The notes beneath the pieces were generated by a model. That model was not told the origin of the DNA and ran no database searches. It was given only the letters and a program-made list of their open reading frames with translations. A stretch of DNA of 64,000 bases from Candidatus Latescibacterota bacterium. GTDB taxonomy: Bacteria > Latescibacterota > UBA2968. A program made the position numbers and the translations under genes. Shown one piece after another: positions 20,732 to 30,721 of the stretch; the first letter of the stretch is position 1, and each line of letters starts with the position of its first letter. The DNA is taken from contig OZ241986.1 of NCBI GenBank assembly GCA_965204375.1, positions 4,160,001 through 4,224,000 on the forward strand, given 5' to 3'.

Positions 20732-21883
20732 ATGAATTATCGTCCTCGACAAATTGAACCCATCCTGTCCGACTATCTCAATGCCTTCCCTGTAGTGGGC
20801 ATTACAGGACCCCGGCAATCAGGAAAATCTACGCTCCTCCAACACGTCCTGCGCGACGCTTACACCTATGTCACATTTGACGACATAAGACAACTGGCAT
20901 TATTTGAAGACGACCCCGAAAAATTTATGCAAATGTATCGCCACCGCGTTATATTTGACGAAGTGCAAAAAGCCCCCGCACTTTTCAACCACATCAAACT
21001 CGCCGTTGATCGAGACCGCAATACCTATGGCAAATTTGTACTCACCGGATCCAGCCAATTTTTGCTCATGCAAAATGTAGCGGATAGTCTGGCAGGGCGC
21101 ATTGGTCTATTGTCACTTCTACCCTTTGATCATAAAGAATTGCCCAAAGCACTTTGTGAAACAGCGATATGGCGCGGCTCTTATCCCGAACTGGTCACGC
21201 GCCATTATCGCAATGCCGACGACTGGTATGCCTCCTATATTGAGACCTACCTCGCACGCGACGTGCGAGACATAGCACAAATTGGCAATCTGCGCGACTT
21301 TCGGAACCTGATTCAGTTGCTCGCGGCAAATACGGCACAGGTACTCAACATGTCTCGCCTTGCCAGTGACCTGGGCGTCACAATGCCCACGATCAAACGG
21401 TGGATTTCCATATTAGAAATGTCTTACGTCATCTTTCTCTTGCCCCCTTATTTTCGGAATTTCGGCAAGCGGGTTATCAAACGCCCAAAAATATATTTTT
21501 ACGACACGGGACTGGTATCGGCTCTCACGGGCATTCGGACTGAAGAAATGTATGACCGCGGACCGATGGCCGGTGCGCTTTTTGAAAATCATATCCTATC
21601 TCAAGTACTCAAACACCACAAACACACCAATCGGCGTTGTGAATTTTATTTTTACCGAACCAGTCACGGCGTAGAGATCGATCTCGTTATTGACACGGGA
21701 CAAACCCGACATTTTGTCGAAATAAAAAAAACCGCGACCTTCCGGCCTCGTCTCATAAAAACACTCAACACACTTGCGCCTCAAGCCGACACAGCGACGC
21801 TGGTCTATCAGGGAGATTCCCTGCCTTACGGCAATATTCGCATTTGCAACTGGTCAAACTATCTCACCCACAACAAGGAGTAA
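20732..21883 (+). CDS. AAA_14 ATPase with DUF4143 domain
   Basis: GPRQSGKSTL, FDEVQKAP, LTGSS, LAGRI, KRPKIYFYDTGL, EIDLVI..EIK. Confidence 0.92.
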   Translation: MNYRPRQIEPILSDYLNAFPVVGITGPRQSGKSTLLQHVLRDAYTYVTFDDIRQLALFEDDPEKFMQMYRHRVIFDEVQKAPALFNHIKLAVDRDRNTYGKFVLTGSSQFLLMQNVADSLAGRIGLLSLLPFDHKELPKALCETAIWRGSYPELVTRHYRNADDWYASYIETYLARDVRDIAQIGNLRDFRNLIQLLAANTAQVLNMSRLASDLGVTMPTIKRWISILEMSYVIFLLPPYFRNFGKRVIKRPKIYFYDTGLVSALTGIRTEEMYDRGPMAGALFENHILSQVLKHHKHTNRRCEFYFYRTSHGVEIDLVIDTGQTRHFVEIKKTATFRPRLIKTLNTLAPQADTATLVYQGDSLPYGNIRICNWSNYLTHNKE

Positions 21884-21887
21884 CCCC

Positions 21888-23318
21888 ATGCCAGAACAAC
21901 CGAACATCCTCCTCTTCATCAGCGACCAACAGCGCACGGACACCTTGAAATGTTACGGCAACGACTGGATACAATCGCCGCATCAAGACGCCCTTGCAGA
22001 ACGCAGCTTCGTCTTTGAAAACACCTACGTCACCCAACCCGTATGCACCCCTGCCCGCGGATCGCTCATGACCGGACTATACCCGCACAACCACAAATGC
22101 ATGGTCAACCGCGACATATTACACGACGAAATCCCATCCATCGCAGAAATGCTACCCGACACCTATCGGAAAGCCATGTTTGGAAAATGGCACCTCGGCG
22201 ACGACTCCGTGCGACAACACGGCTTTGACGAATGGATCAGCACAGAAGACGACCACCGCAACAAATACTCCCGCCCCGGCCTGCCCTTCAGCAGCTATTA
22301 CTACTGGATGAAAGAACAAGGCATAGAACCCCAAAACAACAGCGCCACTGGAGAAATCATCTTCTCACCGCGCCAGCGCTCCCAACTCCCCGCAGAATAC
22401 CAGATGGGCACCTTCATCGCCAACCACTCCGAGCGATTCATCCGGGAAAACACACACCGCCCCTGGCTCCTCGTATTCAGCACATTTGAGCCACACCCCC
22501 CAATGACCGGACCCTACGACGGCATGTACGACCCCGATGCCCTGCCCGTTGGCCCCACCTTCATCAAAAAACCAGAAGGACACGCCCTGTTTAACCGCGC
22601 GCGTGCAGAACACTACCTCAGCAACAGGGTTGAAGGTCAAGACATGCGACAAGAAGCATCCTGGCGAAAACTGCGGGCGCAATACTACGGCAACGTAAAA
22701 ATCATCGACGACGCCATAGGCCGCATGGTACAGACACTGGAAGAAACCGGACAAATGGAAAACACCATCTTTGCCGTCACCAGCGACCACGGCGAAATGG
22801 CAGGCGACCACGCCATGTTCGAAAAACGCGCATTCTACGAAGAATCCGCGCGCGTACCCATGATCTTAAGCGTCCCGTGGCTCACACAATCGCAAAAGCG
22901 CATCGACGGCGTCTTTGGACACGCGGACCTGATCGCCACCCTCATAGAATTGGCCAATCAGCCACGCCTCCAAACCCTCCCGGGCCGCCCGTGTGCCGAC
23001 GTCTTAAACGGCGAAACCGACCTGCGCAATCACACCGCATTCATGGAATGGAACGGCATTGGCGACCGCAACCTGGGCAACCCCAAAATCAACCTCATGG
23101 CCACCTTGCCCTGGCGCTGTGCCGTAACCGGAGACCGGTGGAAACTCAACTTATGTGCCGGCGACCAGTGCGAATTATTCGACCTGAACAACGACCCTTA
23201 TGAAGAAACCAACCTCTATGACGACCCTGCGCACCGCGACCGGGCGCGGGAAATCGCGGCTCGCATACGACTGTGGCAACACGAAACAAACGACCACGCG
23301 CCATTGCCTGCGATCTGA
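21888..23318 (+). CDS. Sulfatase
   Basis: QPNILLFISDQQR, CTPARGSLMTGLYPH, GKWHLG, SDHGEM; AAGGAG RBS. Confidence 0.93.
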   Translation: MPEQPNILLFISDQQRTDTLKCYGNDWIQSPHQDALAERSFVFENTYVTQPVCTPARGSLMTGLYPHNHKCMVNRDILHDEIPSIAEMLPDTYRKAMFGKWHLGDDSVRQHGFDEWISTEDDHRNKYSRPGLPFSSYYYWMKEQGIEPQNNSATGEIIFSPRQRSQLPAEYQMGTFIANHSERFIRENTHRPWLLVFSTFEPHPPMTGPYDGMYDPDALPVGPTFIKKPEGHALFNRARAEHYLSNRVEGQDMRQEASWRKLRAQYYGNVKIIDDAIGRMVQTLEETGQMENTIFAVTSDHGEMAGDHAMFEKRAFYEESARVPMILSVPWLTQSQKRIDGVFGHADLIATLIELANQPRLQTLPGRPCADVLNGETDLRNHTAFMEWNGIGDRNLGNPKINLMATLPWRCAVTGDRWKLNLCAGDQCELFDLNNDPYEETNLYDDPAHRDRAREIAARIRLWQHETNDHAPLPAI

Positions 23319-23516
23319 ATCAGGATTCTCAGGATTTAAGGATGAACAGGATGAAAGGCAAAAAGCGAAAGGCAAAAGGCGAAAGGCGTCTGAATCAGGA
23401 TTCTCAGGATTTAAGGATGAACAGGATGAAAGGCAAAAAGCGAAAGGCAAAATCAAAACCTCTGGATCGCGGCTTACACCCTGCCGCGATGACAAGTGCG
23501 CTCATCACGCCCCTAC
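23314..23516. repeat. Composite repeat cassette with 75-bp tandem duplication
   Basis: TCTGAATCAGGATTCTCAGGATTTAAGGATGAACAGGATGAA at 23314 and 23389, GGCAAAA/GCGAAAG heptamers, CTGGATCGCGGC..GCCGCGATGAC, ...GCCCCTAC. Confidence 0.9.
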
Positions 23517-23735
23517 TGAATTGACATTCAAACTCCTGTAATAATTTACCTTGCAAATAAGAAGAGAATGACTATATTGCATATTGAGTGAGAATGTGGA
23601 ATTGTGGTATTAGCGGGACTTCCCCTCCCTCTGGCTCTGCCTTCCGAATATCTCACTTTCCCCACTCATTCGGTCCGACTCTGTTTATATCAGAGAGCGG
23701 TGTAGTGTGTTTCACATCTCTTGAGGAATCCTGCC

Positions 23736-23951
23736 ATGGACGACGCGGCACTGTTAAAACTGCTGGAGGCTGGGATTGGCGAAGAAGTTGCTGCTACACA
23801 ATTAAACTTATCTCCCCAACAGGTAAAAGGACGAATCAGAGAATATTTGCAAGCAGGCATCTTAAATTGCAATGGCGAACGCGAAACCATCAACTGGAAA
23901 GCCTTTGGCAAATGGAAAAAACTGGCACAAACTGTTGAAACCGCGCATTAA
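23736..23951 (+). CDS. Small hypothetical protein, possible HTH
   Basis: GAGGA RBS; GIGEEVAATQLNLSPQQVKGRI resembles an HTH. Confidence 0.6.
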   Translation: MDDAALLKLLEAGIGEEVAATQLNLSPQQVKGRIREYLQAGILNCNGERETINWKAFGKWKKLAQTVETAH

Positions 23952-24031
23952 AAAAAGCAAAAACGGATTGATGTAACAAAATGGGCAGTCGCATGTGTGC
24001 AACTGCCCGTTTTTTATCTGAAAGCGTAAAA

Positions 24032-25234
24032 ATGAGTAACTGGTGTACCTCCATACTCTTTCTTTTAACCTTCGCAACAACTGTTCCAGCAACACAGGTA
24101 CAAATGGGCGTAGATGTATTTTTGGAACACCACACCTATCTAACAGAAAATGCACGGGTCGGATTGATCACCAACCCCACGGGACGCACAAAAACAGGCA
24201 CCACAACAATCGCCGCCCTGCAGCAGCACCCCGACATAAACCTCGTCGCCCTATTTGCACTTGAACACGGAATCAAAGCACAAGCAAAAGCCGGCGAACA
24301 CGTGCGCGACACGCAAATGGACAGCCTGCCCGTATATTCCCTCTACGGAAGCGGCCGCTCCCTGCAATCTGCACTGGACAACATCGACGTCATAATCTAC
24401 GACATCCAGGACGTGGGCAGCAGAGCCTACACCTACATCTGGAGCCTGACCAAAATCATAAAAGCCGCGGGCGAACACAACAAGCGCGTCATCGTCCTCG
24501 ACCGCCCCAACCCCCTCGGCGGGCGAACCGTAGATGGACCCATAAGCGAAAAAAAATGGCGATCATTAGTTGGAGGGCTATACCCGGTACCCCGCGCGTA
24601 TGGACTCACAGCAGGAGAACTCGCGCGATATCTCAACCGCGAACACCTGCTCGCGTGTTCCCTCACCGTCGTCCCCATGGAAGGATACCAGCGCAACACG
24701 CGCTGGGCGGACATCGGACGCGACTGGATCGAGCCATCGCCCAACATTCCATCTCCCGAATCTGCCATAACCTTTGCCGCAACCGGAACCATTGGCACAT
24801 TGGGAACCCTGCACATCGGCATAGGAACCGACATGCCCTTTCAAATCGTTGGCGCGCCGTGGATCAACGCAAAAAAAACAGCCCGCGGACTGAACGCCAT
24901 GCAACTGCCCGGCGTAGAATTTCAACCCATAATATTTGAACCCGACACATGGCTCTTTCGCAACAAAAAAGTACAGGCTATATTCCTGCACATAACAGAC
25001 CCCATCGCCTTTCGACCCACGCGCACAGAAATAACCATACTCACACATCTCATAGCAACATATCCCGAATTCAAAATCCCAAAAGACCGGTATAAACGCT
25101 TTGACAGTGCCATGGGAACCAGCACCGTGCGCGAAGCCCTCTTAAAAGGCGACAGCGCAAAAAAAATATGGGAACAGTGGGAGGAGGAATTGGAGGAATT
25201 TTCCACCGCGCGAGAAAAATACTTTTTGTATTAA
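24032..25234 (+). CDS. namZ: Exo-beta-N-acetylmuramidase NamZ (DUF1343) family, signal peptide
   Basis: RVGLITNPTG, EHGI, YDIQDVGSRAYTY, VLDRPNPLGG, PSPNIPS, PFQIVGAPWI. Confidence 0.88.
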   Translation: MSNWCTSILFLLTFATTVPATQVQMGVDVFLEHHTYLTENARVGLITNPTGRTKTGTTTIAALQQHPDINLVALFALEHGIKAQAKAGEHVRDTQMDSLPVYSLYGSGRSLQSALDNIDVIIYDIQDVGSRAYTYIWSLTKIIKAAGEHNKRVIVLDRPNPLGGRTVDGPISEKKWRSLVGGLYPVPRAYGLTAGELARYLNREHLLACSLTVVPMEGYQRNTRWADIGRDWIEPSPNIPSPESAITFAATGTIGTLGTLHIGIGTDMPFQIVGAPWINAKKTARGLNAMQLPGVEFQPIIFEPDTWLFRNKKVQAIFLHITDPIAFRPTRTEITILTHLIATYPEFKIPKDRYKRFDSAMGTSTVREALLKGDSAKKIWEQWEEELEEFSTAREKYFLY

Positions 25235-25248
25235 AAAGGAGCATCATA

Positions 25249-25881
25249 ATGCCCGGCGTCATATTCTGGGATGTCGATACCCAATACGACTTCATCATGC
25301 CCGACGGCAAACTCTACGTCACCGCATCGGAAAAGCGCTTGCCGAACCTCAAAAAACTCACAGACCATGCGAGACAACGGGGCATCCCCATCTACGGCTC
25401 GGTTGACAACCACCAGATAACCGACCCCGAAATCTCCGACAACCCGGACTTTCTGGAAACCTTTCCGCCCCACTGCATCGCCGGCACAGAAGGACAAAAA
25501 AAAGTACCCGAAACCCAACCGCAAAACCCCCTCTGGATCGACCCGGACGCCCCGGGCGACCTCATCAGCCGGGTACAAAAACACCGCGGAGAAATCATCT
25601 TTCGCAAACAGCGCTTCGACGTCTTCACCAACCCCAACGTCGAACCTGTACTCAACGCCATCAAACCCGACCGCATCGTCCTCTACGGCGTAGCCCTCGA
25701 CGTATGCAACGCCTATGCCATCAACGGCTTCTTAAACCGCAACACAGCGCCTATCCAGCTCGTCCTGGACGCCACACAAGCCATCGACCCCGAACGCGGC
25801 GACCGCATGGTAGATAACTGGCAACAACAGGGCGTCGAAATTGTATCCACAGATAAAATCATAAAGGCAAGTGAGAAGTAA
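25249..25881 (+). CDS. Nicotinamidase / isochorismatase family cysteine hydrolase
   Basis: DVDTQYDF, D.H, FPPHC..GTEG, RK, GVALDVC; AAGGAG RBS. Confidence 0.88.
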   Translation: MPGVIFWDVDTQYDFIMPDGKLYVTASEKRLPNLKKLTDHARQRGIPIYGSVDNHQITDPEISDNPDFLETFPPHCIAGTEGQKKVPETQPQNPLWIDPDAPGDLISRVQKHRGEIIFRKQRFDVFTNPNVEPVLNAIKPDRIVLYGVALDVCNAYAINGFLNRNTAPIQLVLDATQAIDPERGDRMVDNWQQQGVEIVSTDKIIKASEK

Positions 25882-25990
25882 GAAGTAAGAAGTGAGAAGG
25901 CCCCGCTCCACCACCCAAAAGCTGGTGCCTTATCCCACTTCACACTTCACACTTCACACTTCACACTTCACACTTCACACTTCACACTTT
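25869..25990. repeat. Heptamer-arm element: (AAGTRAG)4, core, (CTTCACA)7
   Basis: Core AAGGCCCCGCTCCACCACCCAAAAGCTGGTGC; left arm supplies the upstream stop, right arm abuts the ATG at 25994. Confidence 0.92.
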
Positions 25991-25993
25991 ACT

Positions 25994-27778
25994 ATGAACG
26001 TCTTCCTTCGCCTCATCACCTATATCCGCCCTTATTTGGGCCGCGTGAGCATCGGCATCGGCGCCACCCTCCTCATCATCGGCCTCGACGCCGTACAACC
26101 CCTGCTCATGCGCGACGTCATCGACGACATCTTAACCCCCTACTTCACAGAAGGGCGTTACATCGGCGGCGACTTCGCCGACACAAAAATCGCAGCCGAC
26201 TTCGACCTGCTCCAATTCTACGCCCTGCTCCTCCTCGGCGTCTATATCCTCCGCACCATCTTCAGCTTCATCAACCGCTACCTCCTCAGCCGAACGGGAC
26301 AGGACATCCTCTTCAGCCTCCGCGTCCAGGTCTATGACCACCTCCAGCACCTGGGCCTGCGCTTTTACAACGACCGCAGCACAGGCGAACTCATGTCGCG
26401 CGTAACCGCCGACGTCGAATCCCTTCAAAACACCGTCACAGACACCCTGGAACGCGTACTCATCGACATCGCAACCGTCATCATCTTCGGCAGCATCCTC
26501 TTTGCCCTCAGCTTTGAACTCGCCCTCATCACCCTGTTGCCCATGCCCATATACAGCATCCTCATCATCTTCTACAACCGCACCATACGCCCCTATTACA
26601 CCATGGCGCGCGAACGCATCGCCGACATCAGCGCCCTCTTGCAAGACAACCTCTCCGGCATCCGCGTCATCAAATGCTTTGCCCGCGAAGGCCACGAACT
26701 CTCTCGCTTCACCCAAAAATGCAGAGCCTTCCTCACCATCAGCATCACCATCATCAAAACCCGCGTCGCCTTCTTCCCCCTCACCCGATTCATCATCTCC
26801 ATGGGCCCCCTCCTCGTCCTCCTCTTTGGCGGGCGACAAATCATCTCGGGCGACCTCACCATCGGCACCCTCTTCGCCTTTCAAAGCTACCTCTGGCAAT
26901 TCTACAGACCCGTAGAAAGCCTCACCCGCATCAACGACACCATCGTGCGCGCCTCTGCCTCAGCGCGTCGCATCTTTGAAATCCTGGACACCCAACCCGA
27001 AATAAAAGACACCCCCAACGCGCGCCCCTTTGACCGCCTGAACGGCAGCGTTGAATTTCGAAACGTCACCTTTGCCTACGAACACGGCCCCCCCGTCCTC
27101 CAGGGCGTATCCCTCAGCGCACAGTCCGGCCAACTCATCGGCCTCGTTGGACCCAGCGGCGCGGGCAAAACCACCATCATCAACCTCATCTGCCGCTTCT
27201 ACGACCCCGATTCTGGGACCGTGAGCGTTGACGGCCATGACCTCAAAAACATGCAACGCGCATCCCTGCGCAGCCAAATCGGCATGGTCTTACAAGAACC
27301 CTTCCTCTTCAACGGAACCATCCGCGAAAACATCGCTTATGGCAAACTCAACGCCACCGAAACCGACATCATCAACGCCGCCATGATGGCCAACGCGCAC
27401 GACTTCGTCTGCGGATTCCCGGACGCTTATGACACCCACATAGGCGAACGGGGCGTGCGCTTATCCGGCGGTGAAAAACAGCGCATCTCCATCGCCCGCG
27501 CCATCCTCAACGACCCGCGCATCCTCATCTTAGACGAAGCCACATCTTCTGTTGACACCGAAACCGAAATGCTCATCCAAAAAGCACTCGAACGCCTCAT
27601 GGAAGGCCGCACCACCTTTGCGATCGCCCATCGCCTATCCACCGTGCGCCGCGCCGACTGCCTCTACGTCATCGACCGCGGCAAAATCGTCGAATACGGC
27701 ACACACACCCAGCTACTCGCCAGCGACGGCCTCTACGCCCGCCTGTGCGACATGCAATTCGCGTTGGAAGAAGCGTGA
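25994..27778 (+). CDS. ABC transporter, fused permease/ATP-binding (MsbA-like exporter)
   Basis: TM domain, GPSGAGKT, LSGGEKQR, ILDEATSSVD, AHRLST. Confidence 0.95.
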   Translation: MNVFLRLITYIRPYLGRVSIGIGATLLIIGLDAVQPLLMRDVIDDILTPYFTEGRYIGGDFADTKIAADFDLLQFYALLLLGVYILRTIFSFINRYLLSRTGQDILFSLRVQVYDHLQHLGLRFYNDRSTGELMSRVTADVESLQNTVTDTLERVLIDIATVIIFGSILFALSFELALITLLPMPIYSILIIFYNRTIRPYYTMARERIADISALLQDNLSGIRVIKCFAREGHELSRFTQKCRAFLTISITIIKTRVAFFPLTRFIISMGPLLVLLFGGRQIISGDLTIGTLFAFQSYLWQFYRPVESLTRINDTIVRASASARRIFEILDTQPEIKDTPNARPFDRLNGSVEFRNVTFAYEHGPPVLQGVSLSAQSGQLIGLVGPSGAGKTTIINLICRFYDPDSGTVSVDGHDLKNMQRASLRSQIGMVLQEPFLFNGTIRENIAYGKLNATETDIINAAMMANAHDFVCGFPDAYDTHIGERGVRLSGGEKQRISIARAILNDPRILILDEATSSVDTETEMLIQKALERLMEGRTTFAIAHRLSTVRRADCLYVIDRGKIVEYGTHTQLLASDGLYARLCDMQFALEEA

Positions 27779-27780
27779 TG

Positions 27781-27891
27781 AAGTAAGAAGTAAGAAGTGA
27801 GAAGTAAGAAGTAAGAAGGCCCGCCCCAACCACCCAAAGGCTGGTACTTCCTCCTTCCTCCTTCACACTTCAACCTTCACACTTCACACTT
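27781..27891. repeat. Heptamer-arm element: (AAGTRAG)5, core, (CTTCACA/CTTCCTC)n
   Basis: Core AAGGCCCGCCCCAACCACCCAAAGGCTGGTAC. Confidence 0.92.
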
Positions 27892-27895
27892 GCCT

Positions 27896-28438
27896 ATGGA
27901 CCTCATGATACAACCACTCATCCCAGAAACCATTGACTTATGTCAAAACGGCGACAGCCTGATCCTCTTTGCCGATGGAGAAGAACTGTACATCGATCAC
28001 ATCGTGCGCTGCTTTCCCTTTTCCACGCCCGACCAATGGATCAGCCTCCGCGACCGAGACGGAACCGAACTCGGCCTCTTGCCCACACTCGACGGACTAA
28101 ATGCACAATCGCGGGCACGCGTTGAAGAACACCTCAAAGACCGCTATGACATCCCCAAAATCCAGACCATACTCAACATCGAAAGCAACAAAGAAGGCGG
28201 CACAACCTGGGACATCGACACCGACGCGGGACCCATGAACTTCACAATCCGCGGCGATCAGAATCTCAACCTCAACGCATTTCCCGAAATCGTATTCACC
28301 GATGGCATAACGCGCAAACGCTACAAAATTCCCGACTACACCAAACTCGACCGCGCCAGCCAAAAAATCGCCCGCGCGTACCTGCCCATGAGCTCTCGCC
28401 ATTACTCAGGCCGCCGCGGAGGCAGGAGCAGAAGGTGA
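27896..28438 (+). CDS. DUF1854-like protein
   Basis: VRCFPFSTPDQWISLRD.DG.E, P.I..I..I, TWDIDTDAG, RYKIPD..KLDRAS; follows an ABC exporter as is common for this family. Confidence 0.75.
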   Translation: MDLMIQPLIPETIDLCQNGDSLILFADGEELYIDHIVRCFPFSTPDQWISLRDRDGTELGLLPTLDGLNAQSRARVEEHLKDRYDIPKIQTILNIESNKEGGTTWDIDTDAGPMNFTIRGDQNLNLNAFPEIVFTDGITRKRYKIPDYTKLDRASQKIARAYLPMSSRHYSGRRGGRSRR

Positions 28439-28581
28439 ATTAAAAATTGAGAATTGAAAAAGCGGTAAGCAGGAGAAGCGGCCAGGATGGAGAAACTATA
28501 AATAAAAAAAGCCAATCACACAGTGATCGGCTTTAAAAATAAAGGCGCGGGGCAATGCGAACCAGACGGGACAGGTCCTCC

Positions 28582-28839
28582 TCAATAATGATAACGAGCC
28601 TGTAGAAAATTAATGCGCTCATGGTCAACGTGATAGACAATGCGATGTTCGCGTGTCAAACGACGAGACCAGGTATTGCGGTCAAAGTATTTGAGTGGTT
28701 CTGGTTTGCCAATCCCTTTGAAAGGATCTCGCAGGATAGCTTCCACAAGTGTCAAGACGCGAAGGGCTATCTTGCGATCAGTTTGAACCCAATAGTGCAG
28801 GTCTGCACGAAATTCTGGATGAAAAACAGCATCGCGCAT
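28582..28839 (-). CDS. yoeB: Txe/YoeB family toxin
   Basis: DLHYW, RDPFKGIGKPEPLK, WSRRLTREHRIVY, QARYHY. Confidence 0.95.
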   Translation of the reverse strand: MRDAVFHPEFRADLHYWVQTDRKIALRVLTLVEAILRDPFKGIGKPEPLKYFDRNTWSRRLTREHRIVYHVDHERINFLQARYHY

Positions 28840-28841
28840 TA

Positions 28842-29129
28842 TTATTCCAGCCCAACCTCTCGACGCAAGTCATCAACGGATTGAGCGGGTTCTGTTCCGG
28901 CTTTGGCTCGGTTTAGAGCAGTTGCCAATCGTTCCGCATTTTTAGGTGAGCTGAGAAGATGAGCGGTTTCTATAAGGCTGGAAAGCTCGGACACAGAAAT
29001 CAGAGCGACATCTTCATGCCCCCGACGAGTGATAATAACGTAATCATTTTCATCCGTCACATCTTTGCAAAGACTGGCAAGCCTGGCGCGTGCCTGAGTA
29101 CAGGTAAATGTTCTGGTCATATATTTCAT
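28842..29129 (-). CDS. yefM: Phd/YefM family antitoxin
   Basis: TQARARLA, VIITRRG, SLIETAHLLSSPKNAERL. Confidence 0.93.
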   Translation of the reverse strand: MKYMTRTFTCTQARARLASLCKDVTDENDYVIITRRGHEDVALISVSELSSLIETAHLLSSPKNAERLATALNRAKAGTEPAQSVDDLRREVGLE

Positions 29130-29171
29130 AATAATATCCAGCGAAAATCCCTACTTCTCACTTCCTACTTC

Positions 29172-30629
29172 TCACTTCCCCCTTCTCAACCCCATCATCT
29201 TCGACGCGATCTCGACCTCCTCGGCAAATGCCTCTGCCGCCTCGTCATACGTATCAAACGGATCGCGGAAACTCAAATGGTATTCATTTTCCAAATACAC
29301 CGAATCCCAATCCACAATATACCGCACCCGATTTTGCGACAACGTCTTCACCATCGCCGCCCGCGCCTTTGCCCGCGTATCAGCCGGAGGCGTTCCACAA
29401 GCCTCTTCAACGCGATCATCGGTCAACACGCGCTTCATCTTACCCTGTTGCTCCAGATCGAAATACAACCCGCGATTGGGATCGATATTGTGATACTCCA
29501 GATCCAAACTCTGCAACCACGGATCGTCCCAACCCAAATTCTCCGACTCGCGAAACGCATCCAACAACCACTTCTTCGCCACCCAGTCCACACGATCTGT
29601 CAACTGCATCGGATCGGATTCCAGATCATCAAGTGTGCGCTCCCACTCAGCCAGCACCCAATCCGACTCCTCATCCAGACCTCTCAAATGGCGCTGCGAC
29701 AAATCCAGATAAACGCGCTGAATATCAATCGCCGAAATAGACCGCCCATTCTGCCGGTCCAGAATCCACTTATGTGTTGGATCGCGCGAAATCTCCTTCA
29801 ACGCCCATACCGGATCACCCAACCCCAGATCCTGGGGAAAAATCTTCCGCTCTAAGAGATTCAGCACCATCGCAGTCGTGCCAACCTTCAGCGCCGTCGC
29901 ATACTCCGACATATTTGAATCGCCCACCAGAAGGTGCAAACGGCGGTACTTGCTGTGATCGGCCAGCGGTTCATCTCGCGTATTGATAATCGCGCGAGAA
30001 AACTGAATCCATTGATAAATCTCTGTCACAATATGATCCGCACGCTGAGAAATCTGGAAATTCACCGGATCTTCCCGGTTGTCGGCATCGCGCGCACTGT
30101 GCCCATAATAATAAAAACTGTCGTCATAACTGCCCACGCGACCTGCACCGCAAAAAATTTGGCGCGTCACCAAAAACGGCAACAGCGCGGGAATGACAAC
30201 CGTTGAAAACGGCACATTGCGCCTGACCAGATAATTTTCGTGACAGCCAAACGTCGCGCCCGTATAGTGATCGATATTATTCTTCAAAAACGACGCTTCT
30301 TTAGCCAACCCCAGCGCGTGCAATGCCCGATGCAAAATGAGATCGCCAGCCCGATCAAAAGCCACAATATCCCACAACCCCATACACTCCGGCGTCGCGT
30401 ATTCCAAATGCCCCATATCGATATAAACCCGCCCGGCATTAAACAAAAACCCCCCATTGCCCGGGGGTTCATCCCGTCCGCGATAGTGAATATCCACAAT
30501 CCCGATACGGTCAACGTGAAAAATATGATCCTTAACCTTCACCGAAATGGTATCGGGACTCACAAAACCCTCGTGCTCGGGAGCCAAACACCCATACTCG
30601 GTTTCTATGCCAAAAATGCGATCTCTCAT
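29172..30629 (-). CDS. pafA: Pup/UBact-protein ligase PafA
   Basis: RIFGIETEYG, FLFNAGRVYIDMGHLEYATPEC, KNN, GCHENYL, SQRADHI, INTRDEP, RRLHLLVGDSNMSE; no Dop loop. Confidence 0.9.
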   Translation of the reverse strand: MRDRIFGIETEYGCLAPEHEGFVSPDTISVKVKDHIFHVDRIGIVDIHYRGRDEPPGNGGFLFNAGRVYIDMGHLEYATPECMGLWDIVAFDRAGDLILHRALHALGLAKEASFLKNNIDHYTGATFGCHENYLVRRNVPFSTVVIPALLPFLVTRQIFCGAGRVGSYDDSFYYYGHSARDADNREDPVNFQISQRADHIVTEIYQWIQFSRAIINTRDEPLADHSKYRRLHLLVGDSNMSEYATALKVGTTAMVLNLLERKIFPQDLGLGDPVWALKEISRDPTHKWILDRQNGRSISAIDIQRVYLDLSQRHLRGLDEESDWVLAEWERTLDDLESDPMQLTDRVDWVAKKWLLDAFRESENLGWDDPWLQSLDLEYHNIDPNRGLYFDLEQQGKMKRVLTDDRVEEACGTPPADTRAKARAAMVKTLSQNRVRYIVDWDSVYLENEYHLSFRDPFDTYDEAAEAFAEEVEIASKMMGLRRGK

Positions 30630-30647
30630 GGGGCCTCTCAATGATAG

Positions 30648-30721
30648 ATGGGCGAGGCATGCCTCGCCCCTACAATGAACCACCATCCGCAACAACGGGC
30701 AGGTTTAAAACCTGCCCCTAC
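30648..30721. repeat. REP-like hairpin doublet
   Basis: GGGCGAGGCATGCCTCGCCCCTAC and GGGCAGGTTTAAAACCTGCCCCTAC; the second GTAG overlaps the prcA TAG stop. Confidence 0.85.

Noticed and set aside
14219-21883. Prophage or integrative element
   Set aside because: No integrase, att sites or phage structural genes; the TA modules are interspersed with ordinary transport genes.
23586-23700. 6S RNA or a known riboswitch
   Set aside because: No recognisable conserved motif or length match; kept only as a low-interest structured-leader candidate.
25892-25993. N-terminal extensions of the ABC transporter (also gpmI 6872, pafA 30695, prcA 31530, rlmB 11109, rfbG 62719) in the ORF track
   Set aside because: The extensions run through repeat elements or neighbouring genes; family homology begins at the downstream ATGs used here.
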